NCBI GenBank assembly: GCA_039932715.1
Contig: JBDTPN010000007.1
Span: 19,503 to 83,502 of the forward strand
DNA: 64,000 bases
DNA from: Pseudomonadota bacterium
Lineage (GTDB): Bacteria > Pseudomonadota > Gammaproteobacteria > Steroidobacterales > Steroidobacteraceae
Reading direction: 5' to 3'
This document shows, piece by piece, positions 56,114 through 64,000 of this stretch (position 1 is the first letter of the stretch; each line of letters opens with the position of its first letter). The notes beneath the pieces are model-generated. The model did no database searches. It had not been told where the DNA came from and worked only from the letters and a program-made list of their open reading frames with translations. The translations under genes were made by a program, and so were the position numbers.

Positions 56114-57375
56114 TCGGCTGGCTCAAGTCGCGGCCCGCGGTTTCCTGGGCGCTGTATGACTGGGGCAATTCGGCGTTTGCCACCACCGTCATGGCGGGAT
56201 TCTTCCCGGCGTTCTTCCGCCAGTTCTGGAGCGCCGCAGAGGACGGCGCGCTGACCACCTACCGGCTGGGAATGGCCAACGCCGCGGCCGGTTTTGTCAT
56301 TGCCCTGCTGGCGCCGCTGCTGGGCGCCATCGCCGATCGCGGTGGCCAGCGCAAGCGCATGCTGCTGGCCTTCAGCCTGTTGGGCATTGCCACCACACTG
56401 GCCCTGTATTTCGTCGGCCAGGGACAGTGGCTGGCTGCGGCCACGCTGTTCGCACTGGCAACCCTGGGATTCAACGGCGGCGTGGTGTTCTATGACGCGC
56501 TGCTGCTGGACGTGGCGCATCCGGCGCAACTGGACCGTGTTTCAGCATTGGGCTATGCGCTGGGCTACCTCGGCGGTGGTTTGCTGTTTGCGCTCAACGT
56601 GCTGATGGTGGTGAAGCCGGCCCTGTTCGGATTGCACGATGCGGCCGAAGCGGTGCGCTGGTCATTCGTGACGGTATCCGTGTGGTGGCTGGTGTTCCTC
56701 CTGCCGCTGATGCTGTATGTGCGCGAATCCCCTGCCACGGGCGCGGCGCGAGACGTGAGCGCGTGGTCTGCGGGCTGGCGCGAACTGGCGGCCACGGCGC
56801 GACGACTGCGCGGATACAAGATGCTGCTGCAGTTCCTGCTGGCTTACTGGCTGTACATCGACGGCGTCAACACCATCATCAAGATGGCCGTGGACTATGG
56901 CATGGCGCTGGGACTCAAGAGTTCCGACCTCATGGGCGCATTACTGCTGACGCAGTTCGTTGCCTTTCCTGCGGCCATAGTCTTTGGCCGGTTGGGGGAA
57001 CGTTTCGGTGCGCGGCGCAGCCTGCTGTTGGGAGTGGCGGTATACGCGGGTGTCACCGTGTGGGCGTTTTATCTGTCGTCTGCCCTCGAGTTTTATGCGA
57101 TGGCAGTGGTCGTGGGGCTGGTGCAGGGCGGCGTGCAGAGCCTGTCGCGCTCGCTGTACGGAAAACTGGTACCGCCGGGGAAGTCCGGCGAATTCTTTGG
57201 TTTCTACAATATGGTCGGCAAATTCGGCACCGTGCTGGGCCCGGCGCTGATGGGCGTAATGGCGCTGCTTACCGGCAGCACGCGCGCATCTATCCTGTCG
57301 CTGTTGGTGCTGTTCGTGCTCGGCGGTGCGCTGTTGTATCGCGTGCGATCCGACGCAGCAGTACGCGCAGCCTGA
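56110..57375 (+). CDS. MFS transporter (UMF1 / Atg22-like family)
   Basis: Start at ATG 56110 (ATGA overlap with prfC). [25 protein letters not shown]-terminus and about 12 hydrophobic helices. Confidence 0.8.
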   Translation: MIGWLKSRPAVSWALYDWGNSAFATTVMAGFFPAFFRQFWSAAEDGALTTYRLGMANAAAGFVIALLAPLLGAIADRGGQRKRMLLAFSLLGIATTLALYFVGQGQWLAAATLFALATLGFNGGVVFYDALLLDVAHPAQLDRVSALGYALGYLGGGLLFALNVLMVVKPALFGLHDAAEAVRWSFVTVSVWWLVFLLPLMLYVRESPATGAARDVSAWSAGWRELAATARRLRGYKMLLQFLLAYWLYIDGVNTIIKMAVDYGMALGLKSSDLMGALLLTQFVAFPAAIVFGRLGERFGARRSLLLGVAVYAGVTVWAFYLSSALEFYAMAVVVGLVQGGVQSLSRSLYGKLVPPGKSGEFFGFYNMVGKFGTVLGPALMGVMALLTGSTRASILSLLVLFVLGGALLYRVRSDAAVRAA

Positions 57376-59386
57376 CCACCTCCTGCGACTTCCCATCGCT
57401 CATTGGGTTGGCTGCGGCGCCATAGCGCAGCGCCAGGTACTGCTGCGTGAATTCGCCGATCTGCGCTGCGGCCTGCGGGAATTGGGATGCCGCGCGACGC
57501 GCGACGGTACGCGGTGGTTCATGTGGCGCGACATCCATTCCGCGTCGGCGCAGCAGCGATTGAAAGCGCATCCATGTCTTGCCAATATCATCTGCACGAG
57601 CGCCGCGCGCACCTCGAGTGGTCCACACTGCCACCAGCAGACCCCAAACCGTGGCCACAGCAGCCAGCAGTAATGCCATGCCTCGGTAATCGATACTTCC
57701 CAATCCCAACCTCTGCAACAGGTTCATCTGGCTGGCGAGATTGAAACGCACCACGCGTTCTTCCCACCAGTTGCCGGAGGCATCCCAGGCGGCGGCCAGT
57801 TGCCGAATCCAGGGCGTTCGCAGCAGCCGGCTGGCCGCACCCCGATCCGGCATGAGATCCATTAATCCCTGCTCCAGTCTTTGCGGGGCTATCACGGCAG
57901 TGGGGTCAATGCGCACCCACCCTTGGCCATCCAGCCACACCTCGGCCCAGGCATGGGCATCGGATTGGCGGATCAGGAAGTAGCCGCCAATGGCATTCCA
58001 CTCTCCGCCAAGGTATCCGGTTACCACGCGTGCCGGAATGCCGGCGGCCCGCATCAACATCACGTAGGCAGATGCGAAGTGCCCACAGAATCCCAATCGG
58101 GTGTTGAAGATCAGGTCGTCAACGGAGTTATAGCCCAATCGCGGCGGGGTGAGTGTGTAGGCAAATCCGCCGGTACGAAACAGGTCCAGCACACGCGCGG
58201 TGTAATCGCGATCATTCATCGCCGCTGCCCGCATGGACAGCGCCAGTTCAACACTGCGCGGATTGCGATCTTTGGGCAGCTGTGTGTCGAGGCGCCGCCC
58301 CGTCATGGAGAGACGACCCGGGTTGCGCACCTCCAGGTTGGATCGGCCCTCGTAGGCGCGCAGGGAAGTCACCGGGCGCGCTGACATCACCTGTCCATCA
58401 AACGTCAGGAAGGTGAACTCGCCGGCCCCTTGGCTGGTAATCGCCTGGATTGTGTCCAGGCCAAAAAGCCAGTTGCGGCCATGCGGCTCCAGCATCACGC
58501 GGTAGCGTATTTCCGTGCCACGCGCTTCGCTGGCCGGCTTCGGAGCGATCTGGCCGCGGCTCCGACGCCACGTAAAGCCATCGAACTCATGCAGTACCGG
58601 GCCACGCCAGTAACGGGCTGACGCAGGTGGCGGCGTGCCTTCAAAACGCACGCGGAATGCAGGCGCGTCAGATGTGGACAATTCAGAGATGCTGCCTGGA
58701 CTCATCTGGTCATCCAGGCCGGTTTGGGCCTGATCTCCTGTCGACCAGCTCCACAAAGGTCCTGGCAAGCGCGGCACCAGCAGGAAGCTTGCGCCTGCAA
58801 AGGGCAGGGCAATCAGCAGTGCCCCCCCCGCGGTGCAGAACGCCCGGCGGGCGGACCGGGATGCGGGCGTGCCACCCAGCGCTGCAATCGCCGCGCAGGC
58901 GGACCATCCTGCCAGCAGATAAAGGGGCATTCGCGCCAGCGACTGGCGGTCGAGGCAGGCGGCAAGCAACAACACCAGCGACACGAAAGCCATGACCATG
59001 GCGTCGCGCCGCCTCCGTATTTCCAGCAGCTTGGCTGCGCCCATCACCAGGAGCAGGGCACTACCAGCACTAAGACCCTGCAGGCTGCGAAAAGATGCCA
59101 GCGTTGCAGCGAATAGGGTGGCGGCAATCAGCAGGCGCAATGGCGTACCCGGCAAACGCAGTCGACCCAGCAGATGCAGAAGATGCCACGTCAGCGCGAT
59201 GCCAGCGGCCGCGACACACCACACGGGAAGGCGATCCACGTGCAGCAGTACGCTGCATGCAAATGCAGCAAGCACCAGCAACATCGCCTGTCGGTCTGGC
59301 AAGGAGGCGACTGGTGCGCGCGCTGCTTTCAATTGCCACCCGCATGGCCGGCCACATGGCCAAAGAGCGCCAGCCTGGCAAGACAC
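57290..59386 (-). CDS. Transglutaminase-like membrane protein (DUF3488 + transglutaminase core + DUF4129; TgpA-like)
   Basis: N-terminal multi-helix membrane domain. Transglutaminase core GFCGHFASAYVMLMRAAGIPARVVTGY...DAHAWAEVW (Cys-His-Asp). GTG start at 59386 is uncertain. The 3' end overlaps the convergent MFS gene by 86 nt. Confidence 0.8.
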   Translation of the reverse strand: MSCQAGALWPCGRPCGWQLKAARAPVASLPDRQAMLLVLAAFACSVLLHVDRLPVWCVAAAGIALTWHLLHLLGRLRLPGTPLRLLIAATLFAATLASFRSLQGLSAGSALLLVMGAAKLLEIRRRRDAMVMAFVSLVLLLAACLDRQSLARMPLYLLAGWSACAAIAALGGTPASRSARRAFCTAGGALLIALPFAGASFLLVPRLPGPLWSWSTGDQAQTGLDDQMSPGSISELSTSDAPAFRVRFEGTPPPASARYWRGPVLHEFDGFTWRRSRGQIAPKPASEARGTEIRYRVMLEPHGRNWLFGLDTIQAITSQGAGEFTFLTFDGQVMSARPVTSLRAYEGRSNLEVRNPGRLSMTGRRLDTQLPKDRNPRSVELALSMRAAAMNDRDYTARVLDLFRTGGFAYTLTPPRLGYNSVDDLIFNTRLGFCGHFASAYVMLMRAAGIPARVVTGYLGGEWNAIGGYFLIRQSDAHAWAEVWLDGQGWVRIDPTAVIAPQRLEQGLMDLMPDRGAASRLLRTPWIRQLAAAWDASGNWWEERVVRFNLASQMNLLQRLGLGSIDYRGMALLLAAVATVWGLLVAVWTTRGARGARADDIGKTWMRFQSLLRRRGMDVAPHEPPRTVARRAASQFPQAAAQIGEFTQQYLALRYGAAANPMSDGKSQEVVRLRVLLRRIARDTTAHRRARTAPTATG

Positions 59387-60297
59387 TCCCGTTTATGCAC
59401 GGCCCCCCTGCCCCTCAGCGGAGATGTCCCTGGCAGTGACATCGTCCATGTCTCATTCTGCGCAGCCGCATCCACGACCCAGCGGCAAAGCTGTGAAAGC
59501 CTCGCCTCGATGTCGGGATCACTCAGTGCATCGAATGAAAAGTCGCGCGCTGCGGCCACATTGCCTTGGTATTCACGGACCAGCAGCGGGGCGCCGCGAG
59601 CGTAGGCTTTCCATGCCACCTGGCGCGGCGAGTCTCCTTCACGAAACGGACGCAGCCACGCCATTTCGTCCAGACCGGTTCCAGGCCGGGATCTTCCATT
59701 TGCGCCGGCCGGGACCTCTGGCACAAGCAGGCTGCCTTGCGGCGCGGGGTAAACCAGCGTGCCCACCTCCAGCTGCATCCATGCCCAGGTCCGGAAAAGG
59801 CCGAAGGGTGCGCTAGATTCCAGACGCAGTGGCGGCGCCCGCCACGGTCCGCGCGTAGCTGCGGGTAATTGCAACTCCAGTTGCAAAGTGCCCGCAACAT
59901 CGCCGGCCAGCACCGCGACACCCTGGCTACGCGCCAGTCCGACCATCAGGTCGCTGGTTCGACTCCGCGCTTCAAATAGAAGGTGCAGCGATACGTCATT
60001 ACCAGCAAAGGCAGGCTCGGCGGAACCACTTGTAATCCTGAGGCCCGAGAGCTGTCGCTGCGTCTGCAGCATGGCTACAAGTCCGAAGCCGGCCAGCCAG
60101 CAGCAAAGCAGCATGGCCAGTCCATTGCCATAGTTGATGCCGGCGATGAAAGTCACCGCAAGAACTGCGCCGAATGCCCAGCCGGCGCGAGTGGGGAGGA
60201 TGTAGACCCGACGCGAGGACAACACCAGGGGCGGCGTATCCTTGCCCTGCCGTCGCAACGCCCAGCTCAGCAGGCGATCGCGCCCAACTTCAGGCAC
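59329..60297 (-). CDS. DUF58-family protein
   Basis: Two N-terminal helices, then LRPFREGDSPRQVAWKAYAR, the DUF58 signature. Start placed at GTG 60297, 4 nt after the MoxR stop. The track ORF runs to 60378. Confidence 0.75.
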   Translation of the reverse strand: MPEVGRDRLLSWALRRQGKDTPPLVLSSRRVYILPTRAGWAFGAVLAVTFIAGINYGNGLAMLLCCWLAGFGLVAMLQTQRQLSGLRITSGSAEPAFAGNDVSLHLLFEARSRTSDLMVGLARSQGVAVLAGDVAGTLQLELQLPAATRGPWRAPPLRLESSAPFGLFRTWAWMQLEVGTLVYPAPQGSLLVPEVPAGANGRSRPGTGLDEMAWLRPFREGDSPRQVAWKAYARGAPLLVREYQGNVAAARDFSFDALSDPDIEARLSQLCRWVVDAAAQNETWTMSLPGTSPLRGRGAVHKRECLARLALFGHVAGHAGGN

Positions 60298-60301
60298 TTG
60301 C

Positions 60302-61225
60302 TTAGACGGGTACGGCAACGGACTCCAGGATGTTGCGCAGCAGCCGGCGCCGGGCAGCGGCGTCGCTGTGGACGGCATCTCGCGGCTCTATTCGATGCAA
60401 TGCCACTGCGGGCCATATGGCCTGCACGTCATCGGGAATGACACTGCCGCGTCCATCGAGCCGGGCCCAGGCGCGCGCCGCGCGCACCAGATTTTGTGCA
60501 GCACGTGGCGACAGACCAAGTTGCACATCCTTGCGTTCGCGGGTGCAGCGCACCAGCTCCTGGACGTAATCCAGCAGGGTGGGCGCAACATGGATGGAGT
60601 GCAGGCTGCGCTGCAACTCCAGCAGCGTGCCGCCGTTCATCACCGGCTTCGTCTGCAGCAGAAGCTCACGCCGATCTTCGCCGATCAGCAATGTGCGTTC
60701 GTGGGCCGCATCCGGATACCCCAGTTCAATGCGCATCAGGAACCGGTCCAGCTGCGATTCAGGCAGCGCGTAGGTGCCCAGCTGTTCATGCGGATTCTGG
60801 GTGGCAACGACGAAGAAGGGTTCAGGCAGCGCATGTGCCTGGCCATCGACACTGACCTGCCTTTCCTCCATGGCTTCCAGCAAGGCGCTCTGCGTGCGTG
60901 GACTGGCACGATTGACTTCATCGGCCAGCAGCAACTGCGTGAATACCGGGCCGTTGCGGAATTCGAATTTCTGCGTGGTCCGATCGAAGATGGAGACGCC
61001 GATGATGTCAGCGGGCAGCAGGTCACTGGTGAACTGCACGCGCTGCCACGACAGGCCCAGCACCTGCGCCAACGCATGGGCCAGCGTGGTCTTGCCCACG
61101 CCGGGAACGTCTTCGATCAGCAGGTGCCCACGGGCCAGCAGGCACGCAAGGCTGAGCCGAATGGCCTCGCCCTTGCCCAGTACGATGGAATCCAGCGCTC
61201 TTATGGCCGCCAGCAGCGGGTCCAT
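60302..61225 (-). CDS. MoxR-family AAA+ ATPase
   Basis: Walker A EDVPGVGKTTLA, Walker B LLADEVNRASP, and ATQNP sensor motifs, with typical MoxR length (307 aa). Confidence 0.9.
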   Translation of the reverse strand: MDPLLAAIRALDSIVLGKGEAIRLSLACLLARGHLLIEDVPGVGKTTLAHALAQVLGLSWQRVQFTSDLLPADIIGVSIFDRTTQKFEFRNGPVFTQLLLADEVNRASPRTQSALLEAMEERQVSVDGQAHALPEPFFVVATQNPHEQLGTYALPESQLDRFLMRIELGYPDAAHERTLLIGEDRRELLLQTKPVMNGGTLLELQRSLHSIHVAPTLLDYVQELVRCTRERKDVQLGLSPRAAQNLVRAARAWARLDGRGSVIPDDVQAIWPAVALHRIEPRDAVHSDAAARRRLLRNILESVAVPV

Positions 61226-61228
61226 GGG

Positions 61229-64000
61229 TTATACCTGACCAGTAGTCACCAGACCCTGCACGATCTGGATCTGCCTGGCGAGGCTGTCGTTCACCTTTTC
61301 GAACTGCGCGATGCGCTCGCGCTCGGTCGCGACCACTTCGGGTGGGGCGTGGTTCACAAAATTCGGGTTGGTCAGCTTGGCCCGCGCCCTGCCGATTTCC
61401 TGGTCGTTCTTTTCGCGCTTGCGTGTCAGTCGCGTCAGCTCGACGGCCGGATCAATCAGGCCCTGCATGGGCACCAGCACGGTCATGTTGCCGACCACGG
61501 CTGCGGCACTGGCCGGTGCCGCTTCGCCCGCATCGAGCAGCTTCACGGAATCAATGCCAGCCAGCCTGGCCAGCAGGGCGGCATGTCGTGCGAACTGCTG
61601 GCGATCGCTGTCCGCGGCATCGCGCACCAGGGGCGACAGGCGCCGGGCTGGGCTGATGTCCATCTCGCCGCGGATCTGGCGCAATCCCAGGATTACCCCC
61701 TTGATCCACTCAACATCAGCCAGCGCCACATTGTCGGCCATGAACGCGGCCTGGTCAGGCCAGGGCGTCAGCATGATGGATTCACCTGCCTCTCCGGCCA
61801 CGGGCGCAACGCGGCGCCAGATCTCCTCGGTAATGAAGGGCATCACCGGATGCAGGGCGCGCAGCAATGCCTCGAATACATCCAGCAGGGTGCGACGCGT
61901 CGCCGCGGCGGCCGCGGCATCGTCCCCCTGCAATACCGGCTTGGACAGTTCAAGGTACCAGTCGCAGAACTCATGCCAGGTGAACTCATACAACGCGGTG
62001 GCTGCCTGATCCAGCCGGTAATCGGCGAAGGCTGACTCGGTGGCAGCCAGCGCATCATGCAGGCGCGAGCGTATCCAGCGATCCACCACGCCCTGGGGCA
62101 AGGTGTGGGGCGCCGCGATGGGCTTGTCTTCACAGACCATCAGCACGAAGCGCGCTGCATTCCACAGCTTGTTGCAGAAATTTCGATATCCCGCGACACG
62201 TCCCAGCTCGAAGCGGATATCGCGGCTTTGTGTTGCCAGCGAAGCAAAGGTGAATCGCAGGGCATCAGTACCGTGGGCCTCTATGCCCGAGGGAAACTGC
62301 TTTCGGGTGGCTTTTTCTATGCCGGGCGCCAGATGTGGCTGCATCAGGCCCGTGGTGCGCTTGGCCACCAGATCTTCGAGCGAGATGCCGTCAACGATGT
62401 CCAGCGGATCAACAACGTTGCCCTTGGACTTGGACATCTTCTGGCCTTCACCATCGCGCACCAGTCCATGGACATAGACCTCGCGAAACGGCACATCGCC
62501 CATGAATTTGAGGCCCAGCATGATCATGCGCGCGACCCAGAAGAAGATGATGTCGAAACCGGTGACCAGCACATTGCCCGGATAGAACTGCCGGAGATCG
62601 GCATTGTCTTCGGGCCAACCCAGAGTCGAGAACGGCCACAGCGCAGACGAGAACCAGGTGTCGAGCACATCCGGATCGCGCGTGAGTGTTGTGTCCTCGC
62701 CGTGCATGAGCCGGGCCGCGGCCAGCGCCGCGGCTTCGCTGCGCGCAACAAATACATTGCCTGCCGCGTCATACCAGGCGGGGATCTGGTGACCCCACCA
62801 CAGCTGCCGGCTGATGCACCAGTCACGGATGTTCTTCATCCATTCGAAATAGGTCTTCGACCAGTTTTCCGGCACGAAGCGGATGCGCCCCTGTTCCACC
62901 GCCTCGATGGCTGGTCCGGCCAGTGGAGCAATCCGCACATACCATTGGTCGGTCAACAATGGCTCGAGTACGACCCCGCTGCGATCGCCGCGCGGCACCA
63001 TCAGGCGGTGTTTGTCGACGCGTTCGACCAGGCCGGCGCCGGACAATTCTTCGAGCACACGCTCACGTGCCTGCTCACGCGCCAGGCCGCGCAGCCTTGC
63101 CGGGACGCTGTCATTGAGACGCGCATCCAGGGTGAAGATGTTGAATAGTGGCAGGCCGTGCCGCTGGCCCACTTCGTTATCCGTGAAATCGTGGGCCGGG
63201 GTGATCTTGACGCAGCCGGACCCGAAATCACGGTCCACAAAAGCATCAGCAATGATGGGAATCAGCCGGTCGGTCAGTGGCAGCTTCACGCGCTTGCCCA
63301 CCAGGTGCCGGTAACGCTCGTCGTCGGGATGCACCGCAACCGCACTGTCGCCAAGCAGGGTCTCGGGACGCGTGGTCGCGACGACCAGGTGCCCACTGCC
63401 ATCCTCAAGGGGATAGCGCAGGTGCCACAGGCTGCCTTCTTCTTCGGTGGCGATCACTTCCAGGTCGGACAGCGCGGTCAGCAGTTTCGGGTCCCAGTTG
63501 ACCAGGCGCTTGCCGCGATAGATGAGCCCCTCTTCGTGCAGGCGGACAAACACTTCTGTCACCGAGCGCGACAGCTCTGCATCCATGGTGAAGCGCTCAC
63601 GCTGCCAGTCCACCGAGGCGCCCAGACGCCGCAACTGTCGCGCAATCGTGCCGCCGGATTGTGCCTTCCACTCCCACACGCGCTCAACGAAAGCTTCGCG
63701 TCCCATCTGCGTGCGACTCTGGCCTGCGGCATCCAGCTGACGCTGCACCACCATCTGCGTGGCAATGCCTGCGTGATCCGTGCCCACCTGCCACAACGTG
63801 CGGTCGCCGCGCATGCGGTGATAGCGGGTCAGCGCATCCATGATGGTGTCCTGGAAGGCATGGCCCATGTGCAGCGTGCCGGTCACATTGGGCGGGGGAA
63901 TCATGATGCAGTAGGGCGAACCGGATCCCTGTGGCGCGAAATAGCCGCGCGACTCCCACTCGGCGTAGAGACGCTGTTCGATATCGCGTGGTTCGTAGAC
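61229..64000 (-). CDS. valS: Valine--tRNA ligase (N-terminus outside window)
   Basis: [13 protein letters not shown] (HIGH), KMSKSKGN, a CP1 editing domain and a C-terminal coiled coil. The reading frame stays open to the window edge upstream of the listed Met at 63904. Confidence 0.95.
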   Translation of the reverse strand, partial: VYEPRDIEQRLYAEWESRGYFAPQGSGSPYCIMIPPPNVTGTLHMGHAFQDTIMDALTRYHRMRGDRTLWQVGTDHAGIATQMVVQRQLDAAGQSRTQMGREAFVERVWEWKAQSGGTIARQLRRLGASVDWQRERFTMDAELSRSVTEVFVRLHEEGLIYRGKRLVNWDPKLLTALSDLEVIATEEEGSLWHLRYPLEDGSGHLVVATTRPETLLGDSAVAVHPDDERYRHLVGKRVKLPLTDRLIPIIADAFVDRDFGSGCVKITPAHDFTDNEVGQRHGLPLFNIFTLDARLNDSVPARLRGLAREQARERVLEELSGAGLVERVDKHRLMVPRGDRSGVVLEPLLTDQWYVRIAPLAGPAIEAVEQGRIRFVPENWSKTYFEWMKNIRDWCISRQLWWGHQIPAWYDAAGNVFVARSEAAALAAARLMHGEDTTLTRDPDVLDTWFSSALWPFSTLGWPEDNADLRQFYPGNVLVTGFDIIFFWVARMIMLGLKFMGDVPFREVYVHGLVRDGEGQKMSKSKGNVVDPLDIVDGISLEDLVAKRTTGLMQPHLAPGIEKATRKQFPSGIEAHGTDALRFTFASLATQSRDIRFELGRVAGYRNFCNKLWNAARFVLMVCEDKPIAAPHTLPQGVVDRWIRSRLHDALAATESAFADYRLDQAATALYEFTWHEFCDWYLELSKPVLQGDDAAAAAATRRTLLDVFEALLRALHPVMPFITEEIWRRVAPVAGEAGESIMLTPWPDQAAFMADNVALADVEWIKGVILGLRQIRGEMDISPARRLSPLVRDAADSDRQQFARHAALLARLAGIDSVKLLDAGEAAPASAAAVVGNMTVLVPMQGLIDPAVELTRLTRKREKNDQEIGRARAKLTNPNFVNHAPPEVVATERERIAQFEKVNDSLARQIQIVQGLVTTGQV

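Noticed and set aside
60242-62035. 597-aa plus-strand ORF spanning the MoxR/valS boundary
   Set aside because: It crosses two well-supported minus-strand genes and their 3-nt spacer, and it has no family resemblance.
1-64000. Search by eye for tRNA, rRNA, CRISPR arrays, IS elements, integrases, toxin-antitoxin pairs or known defence-system genes
   Set aside because: Intergenic spaces are nearly all under 160 nt and none has tRNA-like or repeat-spacer structure. No transposase, integrase, restriction or abortive-infection-like ORF is present in the track. A covariance-model scan (tRNAscan-SE/Infernal) would be needed to exclude small RNAs formally.

Overview
GC-rich, very tightly packed proteobacterial chromosome segment. 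Synteny such as DUF3108-purN-purM next to hda, and apbC/metG/dcd, suggests a gammaproteobacterium of the Xanthomonadales/Nevskiales type, but taxonomy cannot be settled from the sequence alone. All coordinates and translations were checked by hand against the sequence and the ORF track; nothing was computed or searched.

I support 54 protein-coding genes. Most are housekeeping: aceE-aceF-lpdA, metG, proS, valS (partial), prfC, purM/purN, pyrC, rnt, nadC, grxD, dcd, apbC, nth, hda, pssA, rimI and lhr. I found no rRNA, tRNA, CRISPR array, transposase or integrase. There is one clear rho-independent terminator and one tandem repeat.

Observations worth follow-up:
1. A seven-gene envelope-lipid island (4316-12095). 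It combines a fatty-acyl-AMP ligase-ACP fusion, a P450, LpxL-type and DUF374 acyltransferases, and a GT2/LAB_N/GT39 (ArnC/ArnT-like) module.
2. A HEAT-repeat Hanks kinase chained to two orphan PilT-like ATPases (36813-41433). It sits between apbC and metG, which are direct divergent neighbours in E. coli.
3. The last 10 codons plus stop of dcd occur three times in tandem (43173-43302). The third copy differs only synonymously, which looks like a recombination or integration scar.
4. Several genes (nadC and both DUF72 paralogues) have conserved N-termini encoded upstream of any ATG/GTG/TTG. Two of them sit in CTGA stop/start overlaps. A chain of TTGA-coupled genes also runs through the metG operon.

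Long antisense ORFs in the track are treated as GC-driven artefacts.
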